From assembly GCA_965243395.1 (NCBI GenBank), contig CBDEUS010000002.1, forward strand, positions 160,001-224,000: 64,000 bases of DNA. The letters run 5' to 3'. The notes beneath the pieces are model-generated. The model was not told where the DNA came from. It was given only the letters and a program-made list of their open reading frames with translations, and did not search any database. Positions 29,184 to 39,629 of this stretch are shown here, one piece after another. Every line of letters starts with the position of its first letter. The first letter of the stretch is position 1. The translations under genes and the position numbers were made by a program. The stretch is from Gammaproteobacteria bacterium (GTDB taxonomy: Bacteria > Pseudomonadota > Gammaproteobacteria > UBA4575).

Positions 29184-29510
29184 ATGAATTTTATTAAAAA
29201 TGACCATGTCATTTACGTTGGTCATGGCTTTAGTTTTTTAGCCTTTATCTTTTCATGGGGCTGGTTGCTTGCTAAAGGCCTCTGGGGATATGGCATTGTG
29301 TTCATGCTGATTCAAATCCCCTTGTATCTATATTCTTTTGCAGGAAATGCTTTTCTCCCATCAATTTCAGAAAAATTGATTAACTTAACCCAAGCCTATC
29401 TTTTATTACCGAATGCGCTAATTTTATTTACACACTTACTGATTGGCTTTAAAGGAAACCAATGGAAACAAGCCATGCTAAAACGCAAGGGTTACAAACT
29501 TATTAAATAA
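29184..29510 (+). CDS. Membrane protein (DUF2628-like)
   Basis: GFSFLAFIF..W...KGLW; GFKGN. Confidence 0.55.
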   Translation: MNFIKNDHVIYVGHGFSFLAFIFSWGWLLAKGLWGYGIVFMLIQIPLYLYSFAGNAFLPSISEKLINLTQAYLLLPNALILFTHLLIGFKGNQWKQAMLKRKGYKLIK

Positions 29511-29513
29511 AGT

Positions 29514-30878
29514 TTACTGAATCAGTAAAAACAAACCGCGTGAATCGCGTTGTATATTTAATAACACCGCTTCCTTATTTTTCTTCAGTGCATCTTGCAT
29601 ATCGCGAATCGTTTTCACGCGTTTTTTATTGACACTTAAAATTAAGTCGCCTTTACGCAGACCTGAACTTGCTGCTCTGCCATTTACATCGATCACTTCA
29701 ATTCCAGAAATTGATCCGCGTGCTGTATCTTCGCTCACTTCACTAAATTCTGCGCCGGTTAAAAATGGGCTTAGTTTTTTTCCTTGCACGCTTTTCATAA
29801 CTTTATCTTCAAGCGTTGCCTTGAGTGTGCGCGCTTTTCCATTGCGCAAAACATCTATTTTTACCCGATCACCAATTCTAAGTAACCCTATTTCATTACG
29901 CACTTGTGCAGAGCTTGTTACTTCTCCACCATTTACCGCAACAATCACATCACCCACTTGCATATCGGCTTTATCTGCTGGCGAATCCTTTTCAACACGC
30001 GCGACCACTACACCTTTTTTGCGCGAAATACCAAATGCTTGTGCAAGTTCGGGAGTTAAATCCTGTGCACTGAATCCAAGGCGGCCACGTTTAACTTCAC
30101 CATGTTCAATTAATTGTGCTGTGATTTGTTGGGCCATGTTAATGGGTATCGCAAACCCAATTCCCACGTTACCGCCACTAGGGCCATAAATTGCAGTATT
30201 AATACCAATGAGTTCGCCACGCAAATTAACTAACGCCCCACCCGAATTACCGGGATTAATTGATGCATCGGTCTGAATAAAATCTTCATATGATTCGATG
30301 CCCAATCCACTGCGCCCCAGTGCGCTAACAATTCCAGAAGTTACGGTTTGCCCTAGTCCAAACGGATTACCAATTGCCACCACAAAATCACCTTGTCGTA
30401 AGTTATCGGAATCGCCAAATGAAATCTCATTGAGATTAGTGGCTTCAATTTGAATCACCGCAATGTCTGCGCCAGGATCCTTACCTATAACTTTTGCATC
30501 AAAACGTTGGCCATCTTCCAAGGTCACTACAATGTCTTGAGCTTTATCGATAACATGTGAATTGGTAATGACATAACCGTTTTTCGCATCAATAATCACA
30601 CCGGATCCCAAACCCGTTGTCTTTCGCTCTCGCTGTTGTTGCGGAAGATCAAAAAAACGTCGAAAAAACGGATCATCAAAAAAAGGATCCCGCACGATAA
30701 CTTTGCCCGTCGTGGAAATATTGACCACGGAAGGTGTCGTGCGCTCTAACATAGGCGCTAATGAGGGTAAAGGCTCACCGTCTACACTATTTGGCAAACC
30801 TGCATGCACGTTTATATGGCTTACACTGAGTATCACTACCAGACACAGAGCGCAAAGATGTAGCGATTTATTAATCAT
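29514..30878 (-). CDS. degQ: Do/DegQ serine endoprotease
   Basis: TNSHV, IQTDASINPGNSGG, two PDZ domains. Confidence 0.9.
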   Translation of the reverse strand: MINKSLHLCALCLVVILSVSHINVHAGLPNSVDGEPLPSLAPMLERTTPSVVNISTTGKVIVRDPFFDDPFFRRFFDLPQQQRERKTTGLGSGVIIDAKNGYVITNSHVIDKAQDIVVTLEDGQRFDAKVIGKDPGADIAVIQIEATNLNEISFGDSDNLRQGDFVVAIGNPFGLGQTVTSGIVSALGRSGLGIESYEDFIQTDASINPGNSGGALVNLRGELIGINTAIYGPSGGNVGIGFAIPINMAQQITAQLIEHGEVKRGRLGFSAQDLTPELAQAFGISRKKGVVVARVEKDSPADKADMQVGDVIVAVNGGEVTSSAQVRNEIGLLRIGDRVKIDVLRNGKARTLKATLEDKVMKSVQGKKLSPFLTGAEFSEVSEDTARGSISGIEVIDVNGRAASSGLRKGDLILSVNKKRVKTIRDMQDALKKNKEAVLLNIQRDSRGLFLLIQ

Positions 30879-30961
30879 AGGCTATGTATTCTTTTTTATA
30901 AGTCCTTTTTGAATCAGACTGAATTATAAGGTCAAAGATCCTTTGTGAATAATCCCTATTT

Positions 30962-31885
30962 TTAAAACTTCTCCCGAGGATTAAACGAAAAACGTTGCGC
31001 CATGTCCTCAAAGTAGCTTTTATCTTGGTCAGATGTAGCTTCAGGCATCATGATTTGGAGTGTGACAATTTGATCACCCTCAGGATTGCCACTCAAACCA
31101 CGTTTTTTTAAACGTAATTTTTTACCTGATTGCGAACCGGCAGGAATTTTAGTCTCTACACGACCACCTAAGGTTGGCACTTCAACACGTGCACCTAATG
31201 TAGCCTCCCAAGGGGTAATGGGAAGATCCAATAGAATATCTTTACCTTCTAACTTAAATAAGCGGTGTGGTGTAATGGAAACTTCTAAATACAAATCACC
31301 ATTCGGCCCTCCACCTGTACCCGCACCTCCCTGACCGGAAAGACGTATGCGCTTACCCGAAGTAATGCCTTTGGGAATTTTTACATCTAAGTTTCGTCCA
31401 CTACCTAAACGAATATTTTTCTTTACACCATTAAAGGCATCTTCGAGTGACACAGAAATACTCGCATGTTGATCGGCACCTTGAGTTCGCACATTTGAAC
31501 GACTAAATCCTGGCCTTGCACTTTGTGCGAATCCACCACCAAACATGGATTCAAAAAAATCGCTAAAGCCACTGGCACCAAAACCACCAGCAGTTGATCC
31601 TGCTGAAAATCCTGCATTCGTAAAAATATCTTCCCAACCAGGAGGAGGATTAAAATTTTGTCCCGCTTTCCAGTTTGCGCCAAGTTGATCATAAGCTTGT
31701 CGTTTTTGTGGGTCTTTTAATACCTCATAGGCTTCACCCACTTCTTTAAACTTTTCTTCGGAATTCGATTCTTTGCTCACATCAGGGTGATACTTGCGCG
31801 CAAGACGACGATAAGCTGTTTTGATATCAGCCTCTTTCGCATCACGTTCTACGCCGAGTATTTTGTAATAATCTTTATATTCCAT
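30962..31885 (-). CDS. cbpA: DnaJ-class chaperone CbpA
   Basis: J-domain HPD; no zinc finger; DnaJ C-terminal domain. Confidence 0.85.
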   Translation of the reverse strand: MEYKDYYKILGVERDAKEADIKTAYRRLARKYHPDVSKESNSEEKFKEVGEAYEVLKDPQKRQAYDQLGANWKAGQNFNPPPGWEDIFTNAGFSAGSTAGGFGASGFSDFFESMFGGGFAQSARPGFSRSNVRTQGADQHASISVSLEDAFNGVKKNIRLGSGRNLDVKIPKGITSGKRIRLSGQGGAGTGGGPNGDLYLEVSITPHRLFKLEGKDILLDLPITPWEATLGARVEVPTLGGRVETKIPAGSQSGKKLRLKKRGLSGNPEGDQIVTLQIMMPEATSDQDKSYFEDMAQRFSFNPREKF

Positions 31886-31917
31886 ACCACCCTACATTTT
31901 AATCAAGCTAACATGAA

Positions 31918-31941
31918 AGCGCCGCGTAATTTCGCGGCGCT
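31918..31941 (-). terminator. Hairpin/terminator between hsp20 and cbpA
   Basis: AGCGCCGCG-6-CGCGGCGCT. Confidence 0.55.
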
Positions 31942-31994
31942 CATCAACATCCATGTAAAACTTCCGTTTTAATAACTTTCCATAAATTAGCAAT

Positions 31995-32429
31995 CTATCC
32001 TTTGACTGAAATTTTCTTAGGCAATGCCTTTTCTTTTTTGGGTATATGCAACTTCAATACACCGTGTTCCGTTTTTGCTGATATGTTCTCCGCATCGGCA
32101 GTATCTGGCAGCGTAAAGCGTCGATAAAAACTGCCGTAACTACGTTCAGTGCGGGTATAGCCTTCACCCTCATCTTTAGATTCGGTCTTGCGCTCTCCCT
32201 TAACAGTGAGTACGCCATCTTCTAATGAAACATCAATATCTTTCGGCTCCACACCGGGAACATCTGCAGCGACTTCATAGGCATCCTTACCTTCTTTGAT
32301 GTCGACACTCGGCACCCAATCGGTTGCCGTATCGATATATCCTGCAGCATTGTTATTAAAAAAACGATCTAACTCTCCGCGAAACTCACGAAAAGTATCC
32401 ATAGGGTCTCGATAAACTCTTGTAAGCAT
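31995..32429 (-). CDS. Hsp20/alpha-crystallin small heat shock protein
   Basis: WVPSVDI, DVPGV, ERSYGSFYRRFTLP, GVLKLHIPK. Confidence 0.93.
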   Translation of the reverse strand: MLTRVYRDPMDTFREFRGELDRFFNNNAAGYIDTATDWVPSVDIKEGKDAYEVAADVPGVEPKDIDVSLEDGVLTVKGERKTESKDEGEGYTRTERSYGSFYRRFTLPDTADAENISAKTEHGVLKLHIPKKEKALPKKISVKG

Positions 32430-32474
32430 AATTTGCCTCCATAGAAATAAACAATTAACTTTTATGTTTATTGA

Positions 32475-32502
32475 ATATGGGCGGTTTTTGCTATTTCAAG
32501 GG
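32475..32502 (-). promoter_or_regulatory. Putative sigma32 promoter of hsp20
   Basis: CCCTTGAAA...GCCCATAT on the minus strand; spacer slightly short. Confidence 0.5.
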
Positions 32503-32550
32503 CAATATTTAATAAATTTTGTCTTTAGAAAGATAGAAAAACGACCACTA

Positions 32551-33057
32551 CTAAGTGGCTTCAAACTGTGCGGCCGCACGGTTTTTCTGCACCGAATCGG
32601 GGGTAAAAATCTGTCCGTTCATGGCCAAATATACGCCATGAGGAAGATGCTGGGCTGCAGCTATTGCGTAACCGATATTAAAGATCGCATCCGTATTGCG
32701 AAACCGAGCCGGCTGCATAGCGCCTGTTAAAACAATTGTTTTATCTTTTATTTCTTCTAAGCGCTGTGCGGTATTAATCATGGTGTCTGTACCATGAGTA
32801 ATGAGTATATTTTCACAGGACTCCGCAGCGACATGCTGAAAGATTTGTTCTCGATCTTCATCAGTGATTTCCAAGCTGTCTTTTTTCAATATAGAGTCCA
32901 CTGCAAAAGAAAACTTCGCCAAACCTTCATTTAAAATATTCTCTACAACAGGATTACCAATTTGATAATCGCTCAAAGCATCAAAATACACTTTATCAAT
33001 TGTACCTCCGGTACAAAAGATTTTAACTTGATGTTTTTGTACATGTTCTTCAGACAT
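32551..33057 (-). CDS. Asparaginase N-terminal-domain protein (short type)
   Basis: TGGTIDK, THGTDTM, VLTGAMQP. Confidence 0.85.
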   Translation of the reverse strand: MSEEHVQKHQVKIFCTGGTIDKVYFDALSDYQIGNPVVENILNEGLAKFSFAVDSILKKDSLEITDEDREQIFQHVAAESCENILITHGTDTMINTAQRLEEIKDKTIVLTGAMQPARFRNTDAIFNIGYAIAAAQHLPHGVYLAMNGQIFTPDSVQKNRAAAQFEAT

Positions 33058-33072
33058 ATTTATACCTGTTAT

Positions 33073-33939
33073 TTACTCAATATTTTGTACTTGTTCGCGC
33101 ATCTGCTCAATTAGTACTTTTAAATCCACAGCGGCTTGTGTCGTTTCAATATCTGCAGACTTTGAAGCTAAGGTGTTCGCTTCACGATTAAATTCTTGCA
33201 TTAAAAAATCTAAACGTCTGCCTATTGGATCTTTACGCTCGAAAACAGATTGCATTTCTGCAAGATGACTCTCTAATCGATCAAGTTCTTCCGCAATATC
33301 CAGTTTTTGCGATACGTAGACCAGCTCTTGCTCAAAACGTTGTTGGTCAAATTCAATTTTCAACTCATCAATACGTTGTTGTTGTTTTTGCTTTAACTCC
33401 TCCAGTACCTTTGGATAACGCTTACGCACTTGTATCACAATACTGCTAATTTGTTCGCAACGCTCTTGCAACATTGTTTTTAACCTTGCTCCTTCAGTAC
33501 GGCGCATCTCTAACAATTGCTGTGTTGCTGAATTGAATAATTCTAAACATTTCGCATCAAAATTTTGCATATCTGTTTCTGCAGTAGACACAACTCCCGG
33601 CCAAGCAAGAAGGTCAATTGCTTTAGCAGGCGTTGCTTGAGGGAGTTTCTCATTAACATAGTGAACCTGCTTTAACAGACTTTCTAACAGTGACTCATTC
33701 AGCTCTAGTGCAGCAGCTTGTGACTCAGAAAGTTGATAGCGAAAGGTGCAATCCACTTTTCCACGTGCCAAATGTTTTTGTAGGTATTGCCGCAATTGAG
33801 GTTCAAGTCGCCGCACTTCTTCAGGAAGACGGAAATTAATCTCTAAATAACGATGATTGACCGAGCGCAGTTCCCAACTGATGTTCCCTTGATCACAAAC
33901 ATCTTCCATTCTTGCAAATCCCGTCATACTGCAAAGCAT
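33073..33939 (-). CDS. yicC: YicC family endoribonuclease
   Basis: SMTGF, RSVNHRYL, GRRLDFLMQEFNREANT, REQVQNIE. Confidence 0.95.
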   Translation of the reverse strand: MLCSMTGFARMEDVCDQGNISWELRSVNHRYLEINFRLPEEVRRLEPQLRQYLQKHLARGKVDCTFRYQLSESQAAALELNESLLESLLKQVHYVNEKLPQATPAKAIDLLAWPGVVSTAETDMQNFDAKCLELFNSATQQLLEMRRTEGARLKTMLQERCEQISSIVIQVRKRYPKVLEELKQKQQQRIDELKIEFDQQRFEQELVYVSQKLDIAEELDRLESHLAEMQSVFERKDPIGRRLDFLMQEFNREANTLASKSADIETTQAAVDLKVLIEQMREQVQNIE

Positions 33940-34074
33940 CGTATTAGTCCTTATTTATCTTTTATTTGATTATTCTCTACTTTGAAAACTATCTAAGCAT
34001 ACCGTTACAGTGAAATGTAATGAAATTTTTTGCGTATAATGCGCGACTCTTAATCATTGCACCAGGTAGATTTT

Positions 34075-34803
34075 ATGAGTTCTTATAACCGTCCTAGTGG
34101 GCGTAATGCAGATCAATTGCGTAATGTTCAGTTTACCCGCAACTATACCAAGCATGCCGAAGGTTCAGTATTAGCCGAATTCGGTGATACAAAAGTCTTG
34201 TGCACGGCTAGTGTAACGGATCAGGTGCCCAAATTTCTCAAGGGCCAGAATCAGGGCTGGGTGACAGCAGAATATGGAATGCTACCCCGCTCTACCAACA
34301 GTCGCATGTCTCGAGAAGCAGCACGCGGCAAACAAGGAGGGCGTACTCTTGAAATCCAACGTTTAATTGGTCGCTCATTACGTGCCGCAATCGATCTTAA
34401 ACAATTGGGTGAATATTCCATTACGATTGACTGTGACGTAATCCAAGCAGATGGCGGAACACGCACGACCTCTATTTCTGGTGGATTTATTGCATTAAGT
34501 GATGCCATACAGGGTATGTTGACAAAAGGTGAACTCGATACTAATCCCATTACCCATAATGTGGCTGCTATTTCAGTTGGGATTCTCGAAAATACACCTG
34601 TGTTGGATTTAGATTATGCAGAAGACTGCACAGCAGAAACGGACATGAATATTGTTATGAATGACCAACTCGCCTTTATCGAAATACAAGGTACTGCCGA
34701 ACAAGAAGCTTTCTCGAAAGATGAATTATCCAGTTTATTAGCACTCGGCAATAAAGGTATTCAGGAAATTATTCAACATCAGAAAACTTGTTTACAGATG
34801 TAG
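34075..34803 (+). CDS. rph: Ribonuclease PH
   Basis: [22 protein letters not shown]. Confidence 0.96.
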   Translation: MSSYNRPSGRNADQLRNVQFTRNYTKHAEGSVLAEFGDTKVLCTASVTDQVPKFLKGQNQGWVTAEYGMLPRSTNSRMSREAARGKQGGRTLEIQRLIGRSLRAAIDLKQLGEYSITIDCDVIQADGGTRTTSISGGFIALSDAIQGMLTKGELDTNPITHNVAAISVGILENTPVLDLDYAEDCTAETDMNIVMNDQLAFIEIQGTAEQEAFSKDELSSLLALGNKGIQEIIQHQKTCLQM

Positions 34804-34806
34804 AAC

Positions 34807-35412
34807 ATGTCGAACAAGAATGCACCGGAAAAAATCGTCTTAGCCAGCAGTAACTCTGGAAAATTAAGAGAAATCCAGGCAGTTTTAAATCAGCAACGCT
34901 ATCAATTAATTAAACAATCTGAATTCAATGTGCCGGATGTTGCTGAAACCGGTACTACCTTCGTTGAAAATGCCATTATCAAAGCACGTCATGCCGCTCA
35001 ATTAACAGGGCTACCTGCACTAGCCGATGACTCAGGAATTGAAGTAGATGCTCTAAACGGCGCGCCTGGAGTTTATAGCGCCCGTTATGCCGGCCAGCAT
35101 GGAGAAAACGATGCGAATAACGCCAAACTACTGCAGGAGTTAAAAGGTGTAGACGATGATCAGCGCACCGCTCGCTTCCAATGTGTGATTATTTATATGC
35201 GCCATGCACAAGACCCTATGCCACTGATATGCGAAGGCACTTGGGATGGAAGAATTTTACACAAACCTAGTGGCGTGAACGGATTCGGTTATGACCCTTT
35301 ATTCTTTGTTCCCACACATGGCTGCTCTTCTGCTGATTTAGATCCAGCGGAAAAAAATAAGATCAGTCATCGTGCTCAAGCCTTACAAAAATTGATTGTC
35401 GCACTGAACTAA
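34807..35412 (+). CDS. rdgB: dITP/XTP pyrophosphatase
   Basis: ADDSG, APGVYSARY, GFGYDP, SHRAQA. Confidence 0.96.
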   Translation: MSNKNAPEKIVLASSNSGKLREIQAVLNQQRYQLIKQSEFNVPDVAETGTTFVENAIIKARHAAQLTGLPALADDSGIEVDALNGAPGVYSARYAGQHGENDANNAKLLQELKGVDDDQRTARFQCVIIYMRHAQDPMPLICEGTWDGRILHKPSGVNGFGYDPLFFVPTHGCSSADLDPAEKNKISHRAQALQKLIVALN

Positions 35413-35416
35413 CATT

Positions 35417-36607
35417 TTGCGGTTTATCGTGTCTGAAACAAACCAATCAATTCCTCTTTCACTTTATATTCATCTACCTTGGTGTATCAAAAAATGTCCT
35501 TATTGTGATTTTAATTCGCACGAAATAAAAAATAATGTTCCTGAGGAACAATATATCAATGCATTGATAGCAGATTTGAAACGTTACATTAAATATGTAC
35601 AAGACCGAAAAATAGTCAGTATATTTATAGGTGGCGGGACTCCAAGTATATTTTCAGCGCAAAGCGTTCAAAGGTTATTGAACTCAATCAAAGAACTAAT
35701 TTCTTTTAAGGAAAATATTGAAATCACTATTGAAGCCAATCCAGGCACAATGGATCAAGAAAACTTTATAGGTTTTCGTGAAGCAGGAGTGAATCGCATT
35801 TCAATCGGGGCCCAAAGTTTTGCTAATCAACAACTGCAAAAATTAGGGCGTATTCATAATTCACAAGATGCAATTAACAGTGTGCAAGCCGCAAGGCAAG
35901 CAGGCTTTGAAAATATAAACATCGATTTAATGTATGCGCTACCTAAACAGACTCTGCAAGCTGCAATGGAAGATCTGGAAATAGCAATTTCACTATCACC
36001 TAGCCACATTTCTTATTATCAACTCACATTAGAACCGAATACGCATTTTTATCGCCAACCCCCTCAGCTCCCTGATTCACAAACCAGTTGGGATATTCAG
36101 CAAGCCGGAATGAATTTACTATCACAAAACGATTACATTCAATATGAAGTTTCAGCTTATGCTAAAGAAAAAAAAGAATGTGTGCACAATAAAAACTATT
36201 GGCAATTTGGCGATTATCTAGGAATCGGCGCAGGTGCACATCAAAAAATAAGTTTAAGTGTACCTAATACAATCGTTCGCTGTGAAAAACCCAAACATCC
36301 GCAACAATATATTCATACCATCGAGGATGAATACAAAATAATCCAAATAAATACGTTAAACAAACAAGATATTGTTTTTGAATTTTTGCTGAACACCTTA
36401 CGTTTAAAACATGGCTTTACTGAGCGACTGTTCAACTTACATACGGGTTTAGCAATACAGACTGTTCATAAAAAATTACAGACCCAAGCAGAAGAAGGTT
36501 TACTGATAATAGACAATAACGGGATTCGTTGTAGTGAACGCGGATATCGCTTTCTAGACAATATTTTGCAAAATTGGCTACCTGAAGCCCAAGATTATGC
36601 AGCTTAG
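35417..36607 (+). CDS. hemW: Radical SAM heme chaperone HemW
   Basis: HLPWCIKKCPYCDFNSH, HNKNYW; follows rdgB. Confidence 0.92.
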   Translation: MRFIVSETNQSIPLSLYIHLPWCIKKCPYCDFNSHEIKNNVPEEQYINALIADLKRYIKYVQDRKIVSIFIGGGTPSIFSAQSVQRLLNSIKELISFKENIEITIEANPGTMDQENFIGFREAGVNRISIGAQSFANQQLQKLGRIHNSQDAINSVQAARQAGFENINIDLMYALPKQTLQAAMEDLEIAISLSPSHISYYQLTLEPNTHFYRQPPQLPDSQTSWDIQQAGMNLLSQNDYIQYEVSAYAKEKKECVHNKNYWQFGDYLGIGAGAHQKISLSVPNTIVRCEKPKHPQQYIHTIEDEYKIIQINTLNKQDIVFEFLLNTLRLKHGFTERLFNLHTGLAIQTVHKKLQTQAEEGLLIIDNNGIRCSERGYRFLDNILQNWLPEAQDYAA

Positions 36608-36688
36608 CGGTAAATCACCTAGATCTTGCCATATCTAAAACATAATTTAGCTATATACTTATCCTATATTGATTAGTAGGAGTGCCTT

Positions 36689-38557
36689 ATGCCAAAACAA
36701 CCTCTACTATTGATCTCGTTATTGCTAATCGTTGTTGGAACTGCGGGCTATGGTTTGGGCCATTATATTGCTCGTCACGACAGCAGTGATGTATTTACCC
36801 AAAAGCCCACCTCACCAACGATTGCCTCGGGGACTATGACTATTGAAGCTGCTCAATTACAGCGTCAAGATCATTACCAAAACGTAAACAGCATTCCAGA
36901 AATATTATCTTTACCTTCTTTATTCGCACAAAATGAAGCTTTGTATGCGGTTGCTGGGCGGGCAAATAAATTACTACTACTAAAGTTGCTAAAAGAAACT
37001 GCAGGTGTCGGTAATACACAGCAACGAAATAGCTTTATGCAAATTTTAGTTGCACGCTTAACAGAAGTTGATCCCCAAAGTGCAGCGAACATCGCAATTG
37101 ATGCATACAAGAACAATAATTATTCACTGGTACATGATGTATTTAAAAACTGGGCAAAACTTGATGCAGATGCAGCTGTGAAACGGGCAAACCGTATTGA
37201 AGAACAAAATTTAAAAGCATCTGCGTCACAAGGTATTTTATCTGCAATCGATGTAAATAATGTGGCACTCAGAATCGAATTGTCAGAAAGTTTGGGCATG
37301 CAAACTAGTGAACAACAATATGTAAGTGATGCGTTAATTGAAAAAGGTGTACAAGATCCCGAGTCTGCAATACAAGAAGCATTACTTATGCCACGTGGAT
37401 ATGAACGTGAAAATGCAATGCTGGGTATCATCGATTCTTGGGCCGCAGAAAACCCTGAATTGGCATTTGAATTTACGCAACGTGTTAATGACAAATTAAT
37501 ACAACAGCGCTTGCAAGAAGCCGTTCTTTATCGTTGGGCGGAATCCGATCCACAAACTGCATATGAAGTGATGCAATCACTACCGCATGGAAATATTTCT
37601 AATATTAGTTATAGCGTATTTACAAACATAGCTAATCAAGATCCGAGAGATGCTTTAGCATTTATTGAAAATATTCATTCTTCTCGTAGCCGAAGTGATG
37701 CATATAGTGCGACAGTAACAGCATGGGCTGCAAAAGATGCAGAAGCCGCTGCAAGTTATGTTGCTCAGCTTGATAATAAACAGCTTAAGCAAAAATTAGC
37801 GCCCACTGTTGTGCAATATTTAAGTGAGCAATCTCCTGAAGACGCGTTGATTTGGGCAAGAGAAATGGATCCCGGTGGACAGCTTTATTTACAAGATACC
37901 GTAATAGGGCAAATTGCGGCACAAAACCCAGATCGTGCTTTCCAAATTGCACAAACAGCACAACAGACTACTATGCGTCAGCAACTAAGCCTTGCAGTCA
38001 TCAACACACTTGCATATTCCGACCCTGTGAGGGCTGCTGAATTAATTGATCAATTGCCTAGTAATGAAGTAAATAGTGAACTGGTTAATTCTGTGATCTA
38101 TGGTTGGGGTAACAGTGATCCTGAATCTGCAATGGCGTGGTTGAATAGCAAAAGCGGCTCATTGCGTGAGGATGGTTTAATCAGCTTGGGCAGCCAACTT
38201 GCAAGCGTAGACCCAGACATGGCTGCGAGTTATCTGCCACAACTCAATGGTGAAGTGAGAAACAGTTGGGCAGAAAATATTACTTACTACTATGCATCTT
38301 ATGATTTAAATGAAGCCGCTACATGGGTAGAGAATTTTCGAGGTGAATCTGTTTATGCTGATTTACTCACCGCCGTTGTAAGCAGTGCCGCTAATACAGA
38401 CGTCGATTATGCAATAGAGCTTGCGCAAAATATGCCAAGTGTAGAAAAACGCAATGCTTTAATCCGGCAAATTGCGGACCAAATTTCTTACAGCTACCCG
38501 CAACGTGCCGAACAACTTTATGCGCGCTTACCTCCTGATGAAGCTCCTGAAGGCTGA
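36689..38557 (+). CDS. Membrane-anchored alpha-helical repeat protein
   Basis: N-terminal TM; many W/A-x-x-DP-x-x-A repeats of about 30 aa. Confidence 0.7.
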   Translation: MPKQPLLLISLLLIVVGTAGYGLGHYIARHDSSDVFTQKPTSPTIASGTMTIEAAQLQRQDHYQNVNSIPEILSLPSLFAQNEALYAVAGRANKLLLLKLLKETAGVGNTQQRNSFMQILVARLTEVDPQSAANIAIDAYKNNNYSLVHDVFKNWAKLDADAAVKRANRIEEQNLKASASQGILSAIDVNNVALRIELSESLGMQTSEQQYVSDALIEKGVQDPESAIQEALLMPRGYERENAMLGIIDSWAAENPELAFEFTQRVNDKLIQQRLQEAVLYRWAESDPQTAYEVMQSLPHGNISNISYSVFTNIANQDPRDALAFIENIHSSRSRSDAYSATVTAWAAKDAEAAASYVAQLDNKQLKQKLAPTVVQYLSEQSPEDALIWAREMDPGGQLYLQDTVIGQIAAQNPDRAFQIAQTAQQTTMRQQLSLAVINTLAYSDPVRAAELIDQLPSNEVNSELVNSVIYGWGNSDPESAMAWLNSKSGSLREDGLISLGSQLASVDPDMAASYLPQLNGEVRNSWAENITYYYASYDLNEAATWVENFRGESVYADLLTAVVSSAANTDVDYAIELAQNMPSVEKRNALIRQIADQISYSYPQRAEQLYARLPPDEAPEG

Positions 38558-38562
38558 TTTCA

Positions 38563-38763
38563 TTGATAAGCAATGTTCTCAGTAGCTCATTTATATCCTG
38601 CCCATACTGTGGTGAAACTTTGGAAATTTTGGTAGACGGTAGTGCCGGAAGCCAAAGCTATATTGAAGACTGCCAGGTTTGTTGTGCGCCTATTGAAATT
38701 ACGATAACCATGAGTGAAACGGGTGAAATTGTTGAAATCCTGGCCCAATCCGACTCTGACTGA
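38563..38763 (+). CDS. CPXCG-motif cysteine-rich protein
   Basis: CPYCGE...YIEDCQVCCAPI. Confidence 0.85.
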   Translation: MISNVLSSSFISCPYCGETLEILVDGSAGSQSYIEDCQVCCAPIEITITMSETGEIVEILAQSDSD

Positions 38764-38817
38764 CATCCAGGTAAAAAATCCCCTGTACAACCCTATATTT
38801 CGTACTTTGTAGCGAGG

Positions 38818-39028
38818 TTATGCACAAGCGTTGTAAAAACGTCACTGACAACGGCTTTGTTTGGTCATTAATTCAACAATTTATAGACTCTGGACATAAC
38901 TCTAATAAAAACAACAATTTAAATTCTTGTATATTTTTTGGGCGATTTAACAAAAATGCAAAATTTCCCGAGTTTTGCCGCTAGACTTTAAAAATGTACA
39001 CAGTTTTATCCACAGATTTTGTGGATAA
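38818..39028. promoter_or_regulatory. DnaA-box cluster with DARS-like core
   Basis: ATGTACACA-3-TTATCCACA-5-TGTGGATAA (38994-39028); extra TTATGCACA at 38818; IHF-like sites at 38871 and 38909. Confidence 0.7.
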
Positions 39029-39187
39029 CTGATAAACCCCTACTTGGACAAAGACTTAAGCACACATCATCAAGAACCCTATTAAAAAATGAGACAAACT
39101 GACTGCCCATCTCGCATACTTGAGTTGCGGTAGCGGGTTGCGTATGATCCGCGAGCTCTTATGAGAAACATCTAGATTTAGGCAATT

Positions 39188-39397
39188 ATGAAACCTGATA
39201 TTCATCCGAAATACCAAGAAGTGAACGTAACCTGTAGCTGTGGGAATACCTTCACTACTCGCTCTACGTACGGTAATGAGTCAATGAGTATAGATGTTTG
39301 TTCCCAGTGTCATCCTTTCTTCACAGGTAAACAAAAAATCGTTGATACTGCTGGGCAAGTCGATAAATTCCGCAAACGCTACGGCAAGAAAAGTTAG
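39188..39397 (+). CDS. rpmE: 50S ribosomal protein L31 (Zn-binding type)
   Basis: [25 protein letters not shown]. Confidence 0.97.
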   Translation: MKPDIHPKYQEVNVTCSCGNTFTTRSTYGNESMSIDVCSQCHPFFTGKQKIVDTAGQVDKFRKRYGKKS

Positions 39398-39629
39398 CCT
39401 CCAAATTCTCTTCCATCTCAAGTCGAGCATAAATCCGGCCTCAAACAATCTCTACTAAACACCCACTTGTATAGGGTTATAGCGCTATTGGAAGTTGGCT
39501 TAATGGCTAATCAAGGCTAGCATGTACATATATGTTAGAAGAAATATTCGAAACTTTAGGTCTCCATTCTACGTCAAACTGATGTAAGACTCTTCGCCTA
39601 AAGAATGATGAAATCATGATGAGGAAAAC

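Noticed and set aside
32551-33057. Truncated asparaginase pseudogene
   Set aside because: Intact ORF with both catalytic Thr motifs; single-domain short asparaginases are a known type
38818-39028. oriC
   Set aside because: Few boxes, no obvious DUE repeats and no dnaA/mnmG neighbours; the geometry fits a DARS core better. Not formally excluded.
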